Source of the DNA: an uncultured Candidatus Saccharibacteria bacterium
GTDB taxonomy: Bacteria > Patescibacteriota > Doudnabacteria > UBA920
DNA length: 64,000 bases
Reading direction: 5' to 3'
NCBI GenBank assembly: GCA_964402965.1
Contig: CAYODY010000001.1
Coordinates: forward strand, 5,724 to 69,723
Numbering within the stretch: the first letter of the stretch is position 1; the number at the start of each line of letters is the position of its first letter. The translations under genes and the position numbers were made by a program. The notes under the pieces were generated by a model. It was given only the letters and a program-made list of their open reading frames with translations, was not told where the DNA came from and did not search any database. This document shows, piece by piece, positions 1 to 9,022 of the stretch.

Positions 1-202
1 CGCTTCCTAAAACTTTCATATAGTCACCGCAATGATCTGGTGCAACAATAATCAAAATTTCTTTTATTCCGGCAGACAACAGTTTCTCCAATGGATAGTA
101 AATCATTGGCTTGTTATATATCGGTAAAAGTTGTTTAGAGGTAACTTTGGTTAGTGGTCGTAGGCGAGTGCCTTCACCTCCTGAGAGAATAATACCTTTC
201 AT
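1..202 (-). CDS. rfbA: Glucose-1-phosphate thymidylyltransferase, N-terminal part (runs off the window)
   Basis: Hand translation from the ATG at 202 gives [37 protein letters not shown], the nucleotidyltransferase signature. It follows rfbBCD. Confidence 0.95.
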   Translation of the reverse strand, partial: MKGIILSGGEGTRLRPLTKVTSKQLLPIYNKPMIYYPLEKLLSAGIKEILIIVAPDHCGDYMKVLGS

Positions 203-248
203 AATTTCTGTGGTTTAAGTTAATTTGGAATTATTATTGATAATCTAC

Positions 249-1091
249 TCAAATACTCTCGTTAAGGTACTCACGCAATGCTTCTTGCCATGGGCGGAGT
301 TTCGGGAGTTTTGTGTTCATAAGTATACCATACTGAGGTCTGTCCGCAGGACGAACCCAATCCTTAAATGAATTGGCCTTTAGCGCAATATTTATGTTTT
401 TAATTTTAAAAATTTCCTCCGCCCATCCGTACCAACTAGTTTGGCCATCATTCACAAAATGATAAATCCCGTATGGGTTTTGACTCGATACCAATTGCAA
501 AGTATGATTTGCGAGGTCAAATGTCCAAGTTGGCTGACCATATTGGTCGGAGACACATTCAATTTCAGATTTTTGTTCAGCTAGTTCTAGCATTATGTCT
601 ACAAAATTCTTTTTACTAGATTTGCTTTGACCTTGTTTTCCGTATAACCAAGTCGTTCTAGCTATAAATGTTTTAGAACAATGTTTTTGAGCTTCAACTT
701 CGCCAAGCAGTTTTGATCTGCCATAGTTGCTTTGTGGATTTGGTTGGTCTGTTTCTTTATATCCGTTGGGATCATCTCCAGAAAAAACATAGTTCGTACT
801 ATAGTGAACGAATTTAGCACCAACAACTTCTGCGGCCTTAGCAAGGTAGCCAACTGCTGTCCCGTTAATTAAGTTTGCAACTTCAGGCTCATCTTCAGCT
901 TTATCTACAGCGTTGTATGCCGCGCAGTTAATTATTGTTTCTGGTTTTATTTCCGAAATTTTTTCTAGAACCTTAGATTCATTTGTAATATCTAAATCCT
1001 CAATTCCTAAGTAAACTGCTTGGTTGCCGAGCATTCTTTGGAATTCGCTTCCTAACGTACCGTCTTTGCCAATTATTAAATACTTCGTCAT
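249..1091 (-). CDS. rfbD: dTDP-4-dehydrorhamnose reductase
   Basis: GKDGTLG, NCAAYNAVDKAE, STNYVF and YGRSK motifs; rml cluster context. Confidence 0.95.
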   Translation of the reverse strand: MTKYLIIGKDGTLGSEFQRMLGNQAVYLGIEDLDITNESKVLEKISEIKPETIINCAAYNAVDKAEDEPEVANLINGTAVGYLAKAAEVVGAKFVHYSTNYVFSGDDPNGYKETDQPNPQSNYGRSKLLGEVEAQKHCSKTFIARTTWLYGKQGQSKSSKKNFVDIMLELAEQKSEIECVSDQYGQPTWTFDLANHTLQLVSSQNPYGIYHFVNDGQTSWYGWAEEIFKIKNINIALKANSFKDWVRPADRPQYGILMNTKLPKLRPWQEALREYLNESI

Positions 1092-1094
1092 ATT

Positions 1095-1637
1095 TTAGAA
1101 TTTATCTGGAAATAGGAATTCCATTGTTGGGTTATTGCTGTCTTTTTCTGAGATTACAGGAGTTGCTGTTTGCCATTCAATTCCAATTCGCTCGTCGTCC
1201 CAAGCTAAATTTCTTTCCATGTTTGGAGCCCAATACTCCGTCGTTAAATATGTATAGTCAGCATAATCGCTGAGTACTAGAAATGCATTTCCACAGTTAG
1301 CAGGAATGAATATACTGCGGAAATTATCTTCTCCTAAAATAATTGAAATATGCTCACCAAAAGTTTTTGAATCCGGTCTTGTGTCTACAACGATTTGCTG
1401 AACTTGACCGTTTACGCAAGTAATAAGTTTATTCCACGGAGCAATGTGAATTCCCCTGAGTGAATCGCGTTTTGAGCGAGAGTGGTTTGCTTGAGCAAAT
1501 GAAAATTCAAAACCTAGTTTAGAATCTAAATCGCTTTTGCGAAAAGTTTCTCTAAAAAATCCTCGTTCATCTGAAAAAACAGGACGTTCTATGATGTATA
1601 CACCTTCTAGTTCTGTCTCTGTAATGTAATCTGACAT
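1095..1637 (-). CDS. rfbC: dTDP-4-dehydrorhamnose 3,5-epimerase
   Basis: DERGFFRE, NHSRS..LRGIH, DTRPDSKTFG and ISEKD motifs. Confidence 0.95.
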   Translation of the reverse strand: MSDYITETELEGVYIIERPVFSDERGFFRETFRKSDLDSKLGFEFSFAQANHSRSKRDSLRGIHIAPWNKLITCVNGQVQQIVVDTRPDSKTFGEHISIILGEDNFRSIFIPANCGNAFLVLSDYADYTYLTTEYWAPNMERNLAWDDERIGIEWQTATPVISEKDSNNPTMEFLFPDKF

Positions 1638-1648
1638 TTTACTCGTGC

Positions 1649-2662
1649 TTAATTCTCAATAATTTGCTCACCTTTTTTCTCGTAGAACTGCTCGCTTTCT
1701 TCTGCTTGTTTTTGCCACCAATTTTTATTTGCCTGATACCAATCTATGGTAGTTGCAAGCCAAGTTTTAAAATCTGCTTGAGGTTCCCAACCGAGCTCTC
1801 TATTTATCTTAGACCAATCCACTGCGTATTTTACATCGTGACCAGGACGGTCTGTAACCATTTCCAAACGAGATTCTGGTAAGTCTAAATGAGACAGAAT
1901 TAATTTCGCGACCTTAGTATTAGAAATTTCATCTGTCATTCCTCCAATACAATATGTTTCGCCAATTTTTCCTTTTTGCAAAATTGCATCAATCGCTCGG
2001 CAATGATCTTCAACAAACAACCAGTCGCGAATTTGATTGCCAGGTGTGTATAGCCGAATATTTTCTCCGTTTAACAAACGCACTATAGAGCGAGGGATAA
2101 ATTTTTCGGTATGTTGAAATGGCCCAAAGTTGTTACTGCAATTGCTAATCGTAAAAGGAATTCCGTAGGTTTCTCCGTAGCTTCTTACTAAATGATCACT
2201 TGAAGCTTTGCTTGCCGCGTATGGACTATTTGGTTCGTATGGAGACTGTTCGTTGAATTTATAATTTTGTTCCAATGGGATTGAACCAAAAACTTCATCT
2301 GTAGAAATATGATGAAATCTAGGAATTTTAAGTGCGCGTGCCATTTCTAAAAGAACGTGAGTTCCTAAAACATTTGACCTTGTAAAGACGTACGGGTCGG
2401 CAATGCTTCTGTCCACATGACTTTCTGCCGCAAAGTGGACTACGCAACCTGCACCAGACATTGCTCGATGGACTACTTCTGGATCGGTCACATCTCCTTC
2501 AATAAATTCAATCTGGTCTTTAACTTGAGCTAAACTTTCTATATTTCCTGCGTAAGTAAGTTTATCTAAAACTGTAATTGAGTCTTCTGGGTGATTTTTA
2601 CGCCAATAGTGCACAAAATTAGCGCCAATGAATCCAGCGCCACCTGTAATAAGTATTTTCAT
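1649..2662 (-). CDS. rfbB: dTDP-glucose 4,6-dehydratase
   Basis: TGGAGFIG, HFAAESHVDRSI, STDEVFG, YAASK and DRPGHD motifs. Confidence 0.97.
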   Translation of the reverse strand: MKILITGGAGFIGANFVHYWRKNHPEDSITVLDKLTYAGNIESLAQVKDQIEFIEGDVTDPEVVHRAMSGAGCVVHFAAESHVDRSIADPYVFTRSNVLGTHVLLEMARALKIPRFHHISTDEVFGSIPLEQNYKFNEQSPYEPNSPYAASKASSDHLVRSYGETYGIPFTISNCSNNFGPFQHTEKFIPRSIVRLLNGENIRLYTPGNQIRDWLFVEDHCRAIDAILQKGKIGETYCIGGMTDEISNTKVAKLILSHLDLPESRLEMVTDRPGHDVKYAVDWSKINRELGWEPQADFKTWLATTIDWYQANKNWWQKQAEESEQFYEKKGEQIIEN

Positions 2663-2668
2663 ATATTC

Positions 2669-2677
2669 AGTATATCA
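2669..2677 (-). promoter_or_regulatory. Extended -10 promoter (TGaTATACT) 6 nt before the rfbB ATG, implying a leaderless transcript
   Basis: The minus strand reads TGATATACTgaatatATG. Confidence 0.65.
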
Positions 2678-2696
2678 AAGCTTGGCTAGCCCGTAA

Positions 2697-2730
2697 AAAA
2701 ATAAAAACGCATCATGGGAAGACGCGTTTT
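2697..2730 (-). terminator. Rho-independent terminator of the 2743..3222 gene
   Basis: Minus strand AAAACGCGTC-loop-GATGCGTTTT followed by a T-run. Confidence 0.7.
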
Positions 2731-2742
2731 CGTTTGTGTAAA

Positions 2743-3222
2743 CTATTTCGAATCAATGATTTTCTCAAATGATTCAAAATCTTGTAAAAATTCTCCTACA
2801 AAGTCAGCATGTGCACTCAGTGCTTTCTGGGAACGAATCCTGAGGTACTGCTGGCCAATTTTTGTAATAGACTTCACATCATTTTCGGCAAGCACAATGT
2901 GCTTCCAAACTTTCTCCTCCTGTTCGTTAGTGTCGGCATACTCAAGCGCAGAACGGAAATCTTTAATAGAGTCGTTTGCACGGAGGTACGCATTTAGGAT
3001 ATCTTCGAACTTATTGCCGAAGTTATTGTTTTGTTCGAGTTTTTTAACGCCCGCTTCGAAATGCTCTGTAAACAAAGCTTCTCTTTGAATCCGCGCTTGT
3101 TGCGCTGCTTCATTGGCGTAGAAACTCAAAACCCAAAGTGAGTAAACACTTCCGACTGCGAAAAGAAAGATTCCTGCTAACTTCAACAGCTTAGATGCGC
3201 AGTTATCGATACAAAATGTCAT
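2743..3222 (-). CDS. Hypothetical single-pass membrane protein, helical soluble domain
   Basis: Start revised to ATG 3222, which follows an AGGAGG SD. TTGACT-16-TATGAT promoter at 3290-3263. One TM segment (LAGIFLFAVGSVYSLWVLSF). Confidence 0.7.
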   Translation of the reverse strand: MTFCIDNCASKLLKLAGIFLFAVGSVYSLWVLSFYANEAAQQARIQREALFTEHFEAGVKKLEQNNNFGNKFEDILNAYLRANDSIKDFRSALEYADTNEQEEKVWKHIVLAENDVKSITKIGQQYLRIRSQKALSAHADFVGEFLQDFESFEKIIDSK

Positions 3223-3344
3223 CTTGGCTTCCTCCTGTTTCCTCTGCCTGTAGTCTGAGCAAATCATACTCTTTTTGCTGTAAAAGTCAATGGCTTTGGT
3301 TAAATAAAACCCACTGTAGGTTAGTTTTCTGCTATTATATAGAC

Positions 3345-4361
3345 ATGTCTAAAGTTGCTTTGGTTAATATTGTCTACAATTCAATGAAATATATTCCGAA
3401 GGTTTTTCCTTCGGTATTAAATCAGACACATAAAAACTCAACCTTTTATGTAGTAATTGCAGGCAATGAAAATGGTGAAAAAGAGTTTATTCAAGAAAAC
3501 TATCCTGAAATTGTAATTATTGATCCAGGGTATAACATTGGTTTTGCTAAGGGTCATAATGAGCTGTTTTCTTCCATAGGTGCAGATTTTTTTCAGCTTG
3601 TTAATCCTGATTTAGTTCTAACTGAAAATTTTGTAGAGGAAATGCTAAAGCCATTTGAAGATCCAAACATTGGGGCAGTTTCTGGAAAAATTTTACAATA
3701 CGATTTCGAGAAAAATTCAACTACAAATATAATTGATACTACTGGAGTTCTTATTTCAAAATCTGGACGTGGCCGAGATAGGGGACAACATGAAGTAGAT
3801 TCTGGTCAGTACGATACTCAGACGAACTTAATTGCTGTTTCAGGCGCCGCGGCTATGTATCGAAAATCTGCTTTAGAAAGTGTAAAATATACGTATCCAA
3901 ACAGGCATGTAAAAGCAGGACAAACTGAGTATTTTGATGAAGAGTTTTTTATGTATTGGGAAGATGTAGATTTGTCTTGGCGAATAGTTAATAGTGGGTG
4001 GAAAATTCAGTACAACCCGAAAGCTATTGCTTACCATGGTAGAACAGCCGCATCTAGTCCTGGAGGGTACAAAAAAGTCTTGCAATTTATTAAACACCAT
4101 AAAAAAATATCTTCAAGAATTTTAGAGTGGAACTATAAAAATCACATTTTTATGTTCATAAAAAATTCACCTAAATTCTATTTTAAATTTTTTCAAAGGG
4201 AAATTTTCTATCAAATATACGTACTTGTTTTTGAATCAGCAACTTTAAAAATTCTGCCAACATTTTTCAAACAATTGAAAAGCATGTGGCAGAAAAGAAA
4301 ATTTATTCAATCAAACCGTAAAATCTCAATAGAAGATATGGAAAACCTTTTCACTAGCTAA
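3345..4361 (+). CDS. Glycosyltransferase family 2
   Basis: NIGFAKGHN, LVNPD and FDEEFFMYWEDVDLSWR motifs. Start revised to MSKVALV at 3345, 6 nt after TGcTATTAT. Confidence 0.9.
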   Translation: MSKVALVNIVYNSMKYIPKVFPSVLNQTHKNSTFYVVIAGNENGEKEFIQENYPEIVIIDPGYNIGFAKGHNELFSSIGADFFQLVNPDLVLTENFVEEMLKPFEDPNIGAVSGKILQYDFEKNSTTNIIDTTGVLISKSGRGRDRGQHEVDSGQYDTQTNLIAVSGAAAMYRKSALESVKYTYPNRHVKAGQTEYFDEEFFMYWEDVDLSWRIVNSGWKIQYNPKAIAYHGRTAASSPGGYKKVLQFIKHHKKISSRILEWNYKNHIFMFIKNSPKFYFKFFQREIFYQIYVLVFESATLKILPTFFKQLKSMWQKRKFIQSNRKISIEDMENLFTS

Positions 4362-4416
4362 GTTTTGAAAACTCTGATTAAAAATTAAACTCCCATTTAA
4401 CTCGAACTAACTTACT

Positions 4417-5292
4417 ATGACTTTGTCTATAATAATACTTTTATATAATTCACGTGATGTAATTGAGGTAACACTTGATTCTGTTTTTGCGTCGAAAGTA
4501 AATTTTCCATACGAAGTCATTATAGTAGATAATAATTCTCCGGATGATGGTGTTGAATTAGTTAAGACAAAATACTTAAGCCGGCCTGAATTAGCAAGTA
4601 AAATTAAATTAATTTTACGTGACAGTAACGATGGTTTTGGAATAGGCAATAACGCAGGGTTAAAACAAGCAGTGGGTGACTATTTGTTGCTTTTAAATTC
4701 TGATACAAAACTTTCACCTGAAAACTTAGAGATCATGGTGGACTTTATGAAAACCCGACCAGATATTGGTGCCGCTACTTGTAAGTTAATAAAAGCAGAT
4801 GGGGAAATAGACTTAGCATCTCGTCGCAGTGAACCAAACTTAGCTCGGTCATTCTTTAGATTGTTCGGCTTCCAAAAACTATTTCCTAAAATCTTTGGTG
4901 GCTACAACATGTTAAATAAAAGCCCGGATATAGAAAGTGAGATTGAAGCATGCAGTGGTGCGTACACTTTAATGTCCAGGAAAGCCTATGAAGTTTCAGG
5001 TGGTTTTGACGAGCGATATTTTATGTATGCTGAAGACCTTGATCTTTGTCGGACAATCCGCGAATCTGGATTAAAAATTTGGTGGTATCCAAAAACAACA
5101 TGCGTGCATTTTAGAGGGCAGTCTACTAAAAAAACATCACAAAAAATGCTTCATGCTTTTTATCATGCAAACTGGATTTACTATAAAAAGTGGTATAGCA
5201 CGAAATACTATCATTTAATGGATCTTCCTGTGTATTTTGCGAATTGGAGTTTGTACTACTTTAAATCAGTGCTAAATTTTTTCAAAAATTGA
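4417..5292 (+). CDS. Glycosyltransferase family 2 (WbbL-like rhamnosyltransferase)
   Basis: VDNNSPD, NDGFGIGNN, LLNSD and GFDERYFMYAEDLDLC motifs; adjacent to the rml genes. Confidence 0.9.
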   Translation: MTLSIIILLYNSRDVIEVTLDSVFASKVNFPYEVIIVDNNSPDDGVELVKTKYLSRPELASKIKLILRDSNDGFGIGNNAGLKQAVGDYLLLLNSDTKLSPENLEIMVDFMKTRPDIGAATCKLIKADGEIDLASRRSEPNLARSFFRLFGFQKLFPKIFGGYNMLNKSPDIESEIEACSGAYTLMSRKAYEVSGGFDERYFMYAEDLDLCRTIRESGLKIWWYPKTTCVHFRGQSTKKTSQKMLHAFYHANWIYYKKWYSTKYYHLMDLPVYFANWSLYYFKSVLNFFKN

Positions 5293-5324
5293 CAAAAGCC
5301 TAAAATTTAGGCATAATATAACAA

Positions 5325-6767
5325 ATGTCAGATGAATCTTTGCACCCCACAGGGGAACCTAAGAAACCGTTAATTGCGTCAGAACAAATGCGCAAGTTTT
5401 TAAATATGGAGTCTGGTCAATCACAGCAAGAACCACTACATGCGGGAGATATTCCACCAGACTTACCATTTTTAGAAACATTAGAAACTCCACCAAAAAA
5501 TGCTTTGGAAATAATGAGTGCAGGTGCAAATCCAAAAGTTGGAGAAGGGAAACATTCAAATCCAATCACTCAAATTTTGCGTCCTTCTACAGAAAAAGGC
5601 CACGAAGCATACGCGTTTGTTCTTTGGGCATTAAAGAGTATTGTTCCGTACGTTGTAATTTTCGCTATTGGGCTTGGCTTGTACTTTTTCTATTTCAGCG
5701 ATTTTTCTATTAACAATTTATTCAAGTCCAATAACTTAACAATTGAAAATGTTAGTACGACAACAAATGCAGATTTGGAAAAACTTAAGACTTCTGAAAA
5801 AATAAATTACGATGCTTGGATAAAACAATTTTTCTTTGAAGTAAATGATGCTGAAATTATTTCTATGGATACAGATGTATCTGGAAATGGTTTAACTAAC
5901 TTTGAAAAATATTTATTAAATTTAAATCCGAAAGTTTACAGTACTCGAGGGGGCAATCAGCCTGATGGGCAATTGGTAATAAATGGCACAAGTCCATGGA
6001 CCGGAAAACCTTTCACTGACAAACAAAAAGAATTAGTAGATAAATACTTAAATAAGGAAGTAATTAGTAATCGCATTACTGCTGCGGCATTAACACGTGG
6101 TGCAACAAAATTTGCGGAATATGTAAATCCTGATTCTCCATACTACATAACTCCAAGTACAGAACAAACCGGAGTACCTCAAACACCTGGTAGTTCAGGA
6201 ATCTATGAGCCAACAAATACAAACCCTGAAATTGTAAACAATCAAACGGCGGGGAATGTAGCACAGCAAACACAGAATCAATCTCAAGGAAATCTAAATT
6301 CAAACACAGATATCAATCTAAGTGTTCCTGGAAGAATAGAAATTCCTTCAAACAATATTTCAGTACCATTAATATGGACTACCGCTGTTGCAAATTTTGA
6401 AAAGGACTTAAAAAAGGGAGTTGTTCACTACCCAGGAACAGCGCTTCCAGGTCAAACTGGAACAAGTTACATTTCTGGACATTCCAGCGGATATCTTTGG
6501 GACAAGTCACCATACAAAACAATTTTTGCTGGTTTAGGAAATGTAAAAGATGGTACTTCGTTTACAGTTACAGTAACTCTTAAAAATGGAAAACAGGTTA
6601 GGTATAATTATGTTGTTGAACGTCGTGGGGAGTATGCAGCGAACGATCAAGCACAATTTGTGAACACAGCAGATTCTGTTGTAGCGCTATCTACATGTTG
6701 GCCAATAGGAACTACAGCAAAACGATTAGTTTTGTTTGGAAAACTCACTCAAACAGAGAATCTATAG
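5325..6767 (+). CDS. Membrane-anchored sortase-family protein with long N-terminal region
   Basis: TM helix at about aa 100-125. C-terminal sortase domain: GVVHYPGTALPG, SGHSS (His), LSTCWP (Cys), KR (Arg). Confidence 0.88.
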   Translation: MSDESLHPTGEPKKPLIASEQMRKFLNMESGQSQQEPLHAGDIPPDLPFLETLETPPKNALEIMSAGANPKVGEGKHSNPITQILRPSTEKGHEAYAFVLWALKSIVPYVVIFAIGLGLYFFYFSDFSINNLFKSNNLTIENVSTTTNADLEKLKTSEKINYDAWIKQFFFEVNDAEIISMDTDVSGNGLTNFEKYLLNLNPKVYSTRGGNQPDGQLVINGTSPWTGKPFTDKQKELVDKYLNKEVISNRITAAALTRGATKFAEYVNPDSPYYITPSTEQTGVPQTPGSSGIYEPTNTNPEIVNNQTAGNVAQQTQNQSQGNLNSNTDINLSVPGRIEIPSNNISVPLIWTTAVANFEKDLKKGVVHYPGTALPGQTGTSYISGHSSGYLWDKSPYKTIFAGLGNVKDGTSFTVTVTLKNGKQVRYNYVVERRGEYAANDQAQFVNTADSVVALSTCWPIGTTAKRLVLFGKLTQTENL

Positions 6768-6869
6768 TATTTCCTTAGTCAATACTTCATTAGATTTTAC
6801 TATTTTCCGCATATTTAAGCCATAAAAAATGGCTTTTTATGTGCTATTATTTAATTATATACACAGCTA

Positions 6870-6898
6870 TTGACTTATATGCATTTTTATGTTATATT
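6870..6898 (+). promoter_or_regulatory. Sigma70-type promoter
   Basis: TTGACT-17 bp-TATATT with an extended TG. Confidence 0.65.
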
Positions 6899-6902
6899 AT
6901 TG

Positions 6903-7090
6903 GGTCATAGTTGAGTTTGGTGAGAAAACTGTACTCACAACCTATGGCTGATAGATTTATGTCCATCACCCTGAAATATTAACTTAGTCAGGGCTTTGGT
7001 GGACAATGATCTGTCTAATCAATATCAAACTGATAGTTAGCAGAAACTTTAGTAGGTTTGAACAATTGTTGTTTGAGTCGTTACTAAAGT
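6903..7090 (+). ncRNA. Candidate structured 5' leader or ncRNA with four consecutive hairpins
   Basis: Hand-folded stems at 6903-6949, 6960-7005, 7010-7044 and 7046-7090. The non-Watson-Crick pairs are G-U on the + strand. Confidence 0.55.
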
Positions 7091-7116
7091 ACACAATTCC
7101 TGAGGAGGATAAAAAG

Positions 7117-8046
7117 ATGATTCAGAAATTTTTAATCGCAATATTTTTGCTGCTGGCGTTGTCAGTGGTCGGATTTGGCCAGGAATACAACCTGGTCAAG
7201 GTGCAGGACAACGGTGCTATACAGAAATGTGGCCCGTTGCCGGACTGGGACTTCTCAAAAGTCGTCCCATACAAGCCGCGATTCAGAACCGCAGCAGTCG
7301 GGTATGTTCGTGTCGAGAGATATAATAAAATCACTCTCGCTTGCGAACAAACGTCGTTGCCCAACTACCGTTCGAACAACGGTTATGGTTGGGTGCTAAA
7401 CGTCGAGGGAAGCCATTATGGTTTCACTAGTACTGGGCAAATTCGGTACCTTGGTACCGCTGATGGTGCTTACCTGAAATGTCACAACCACGTTGTGGGA
7501 TTTTGGGAGGTGAATGTGAATATTGTTGAGGAAAAGGAAGAATTTGTTCCTGTTCCGAAACCTTCGCCTTCACCTTCGCCCAGTCCCTCGCCTTCGCCGT
7601 TGCCTGTCGCACCGATTTGTAAAACGGTGAATGGTCAAGCCAACACTGTTGGTCTGACTATAGAGCAGGCCGTCAAGAGCGGTTTGCTTGTTGACGGAGA
7701 AGGAAACTGCGCCCAGCATCCTGAACCGGTGGTTCAGGAAAAAGTGAAGAAGAAAGGCGCTAACAAGTGGCTTTCTGCACTTTGTGGAGCCGCAGGTGGT
7801 GGGATAACCGCTTACCTGAGGACCGGACAGCTCGGCGGAACTCTAGCAGGTGCTGGAGTAGGCAGCGGTGCTGGCCTTGGTATAGGCTTCATTCCGGGTT
7901 CAAAAACCTGGTACGGTTGTTTTGGCGGCGCAGCGGGGTTGTTAATCCCGAAGAACGCCGTAAAGAACCAAAGTAACGGAGGAGGTCCAATCCGCGGTAG
8001 CGGAAACGGGCAAGGTGCGCCGGTCGTTAGGCCGACTCGCCAATAG
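7117..8046 (+). CDS. Secreted hypothetical protein with Pro-Ser linker and C-terminal glycine-zipper-like hydrophobic region
   Basis: Start revised to 7117 after GAGGAGG. Signal peptide MIQKFLIAIFLLLALSVVGFG, a (PS)n run and GxxxG-rich segments. Visibly GC-richer than its flanks. Confidence 0.8.
   Translation: MIQKFLIAIFLLLALSVVGFGQEYNLVKVQDNGAIQKCGPLPDWDFSKVVPYKPRFRTAAVGYVRVERYNKITLACEQTSLPNYRSNNGYGWVLNVEGSHYGFTSTGQIRYLGTADGAYLKCHNHVVGFWEVNVNIVEEKEEFVPVPKPSPSPSPSPSPSPLPVAPICKTVNGQANTVGLTIEQAVKSGLLVDGEGNCAQHPEPVVQEKVKKKGANKWLSALCGAAGGGITAYLRTGQLGGTLAGAGVGSGAGLGIGFIPGSKTWYGCFGGAAGLLIPKNAVKNQSNGGGPIRGSGNGQGAPVVRPTRQ
7561..7599 (+). repeat. Degenerate 6-bp coding repeat (Pro-Ser)n
   Basis: CCTTCG-type units encode PSPSPSPSPSPSP. 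Confidence 0.8.
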
Positions 8047-8078
8047 TCCCTAACGTAATCTGTCTCATCTGTCCTCTA

Positions 8079-8132
8079 GTCAGCGGAATCCATTTGCATT
8101 TATTTGCACTTGGTTTCCGCTGATTTTTTTTT
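8079..8132 (+). terminator. Rho-independent terminator
   Basis: GTCAGCGGAA...TTCCGCTGAT stem followed by a T9 run. Confidence 0.8.
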
Positions 8133-8209
8133 GTTTAATTACATTAGGCTTCTAAAATTCCCCGAAACCATTAAATTTGTTATACTTAATACAAGTAATT
8201 TAATAAAAA

Positions 8210-8935
8210 ATGAAAAAACTATCAGTCGTCATTCCAGCATATAACGAGGAAAAACGTATTGCTGAAACTTTGGCAAACATCGACAGTTACTTAGAAAAAC
8301 AGAGTTATGACTACGAAATTATCGTAGTTGTAAATAATTCAAAAGATAGAACTGTTGAAGTTGTAAATGAACTAGAAAAATCCACGATTCAAAAAGCGAC
8401 AGCTTTAAACTTAAAAGAAGGTGGAAAAGGAAACGCTGTTAAGCGTGGGATTTTAGAGAAGGCAACAGGGGACATAATTATGTTCATGGATGCCGACAAT
8501 GCTACTCCAATTAATGAGATTGAAAAGTTTTTACCATATTTTGATCAAGGTTTTGATGTAGTAATTGGTTCAAGATATACAAACCCAGACTTGGTTAAAG
8601 TACATCAGCCTTTTTACCGAATTGTTCTTTCAAGAATGAGTAACTTGCTTATTCAATTCTTAGCAGTTCCTGGGATTAAAGATACTCAACTTGGTTTTAA
8701 AGCTTTTACAAACAAAGCGGCAAAAGAAATATTTCCTATCGTTACCGTGCTTCGTTGGGGTTTCGACATGGAAGTTCTAACAATTGCATTGGCACGTGGG
8801 TTTAAGATTAAAGAAATTGGTGTGTCTTGGACAGAACATGGTGGCGGACACGTTCCATTAATCGCATATGTTGAATCTTTAATTGATCTTTTCAAAATTA
8901 AATTACGTTCAATTACTGGTAAATACAAAAAATAG
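8210..8935 (+). CDS. Polyprenyl/dolichyl-phosphate glycosyltransferase (GT2, Alg5/DPM1-like)
   Basis: LSVVIPAYNEE, GKGNAVKRG, FMDAD, IGSR, DTQLGFK and WGFDME motifs. Confidence 0.9.
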   Translation: MKKLSVVIPAYNEEKRIAETLANIDSYLEKQSYDYEIIVVVNNSKDRTVEVVNELEKSTIQKATALNLKEGGKGNAVKRGILEKATGDIIMFMDADNATPINEIEKFLPYFDQGFDVVIGSRYTNPDLVKVHQPFYRIVLSRMSNLLIQFLAVPGIKDTQLGFKAFTNKAAKEIFPIVTVLRWGFDMEVLTIALARGFKIKEIGVSWTEHGGGHVPLIAYVESLIDLFKIKLRSITGKYKK

Positions 8936-9022
8936 AATTTTAAAATAGATTCTATTAGCTTGCAAATTTCTGAAACAATTCCTCAACTCCGAACGTTATA
9001 CTTACAAATATCCAAATTATAA

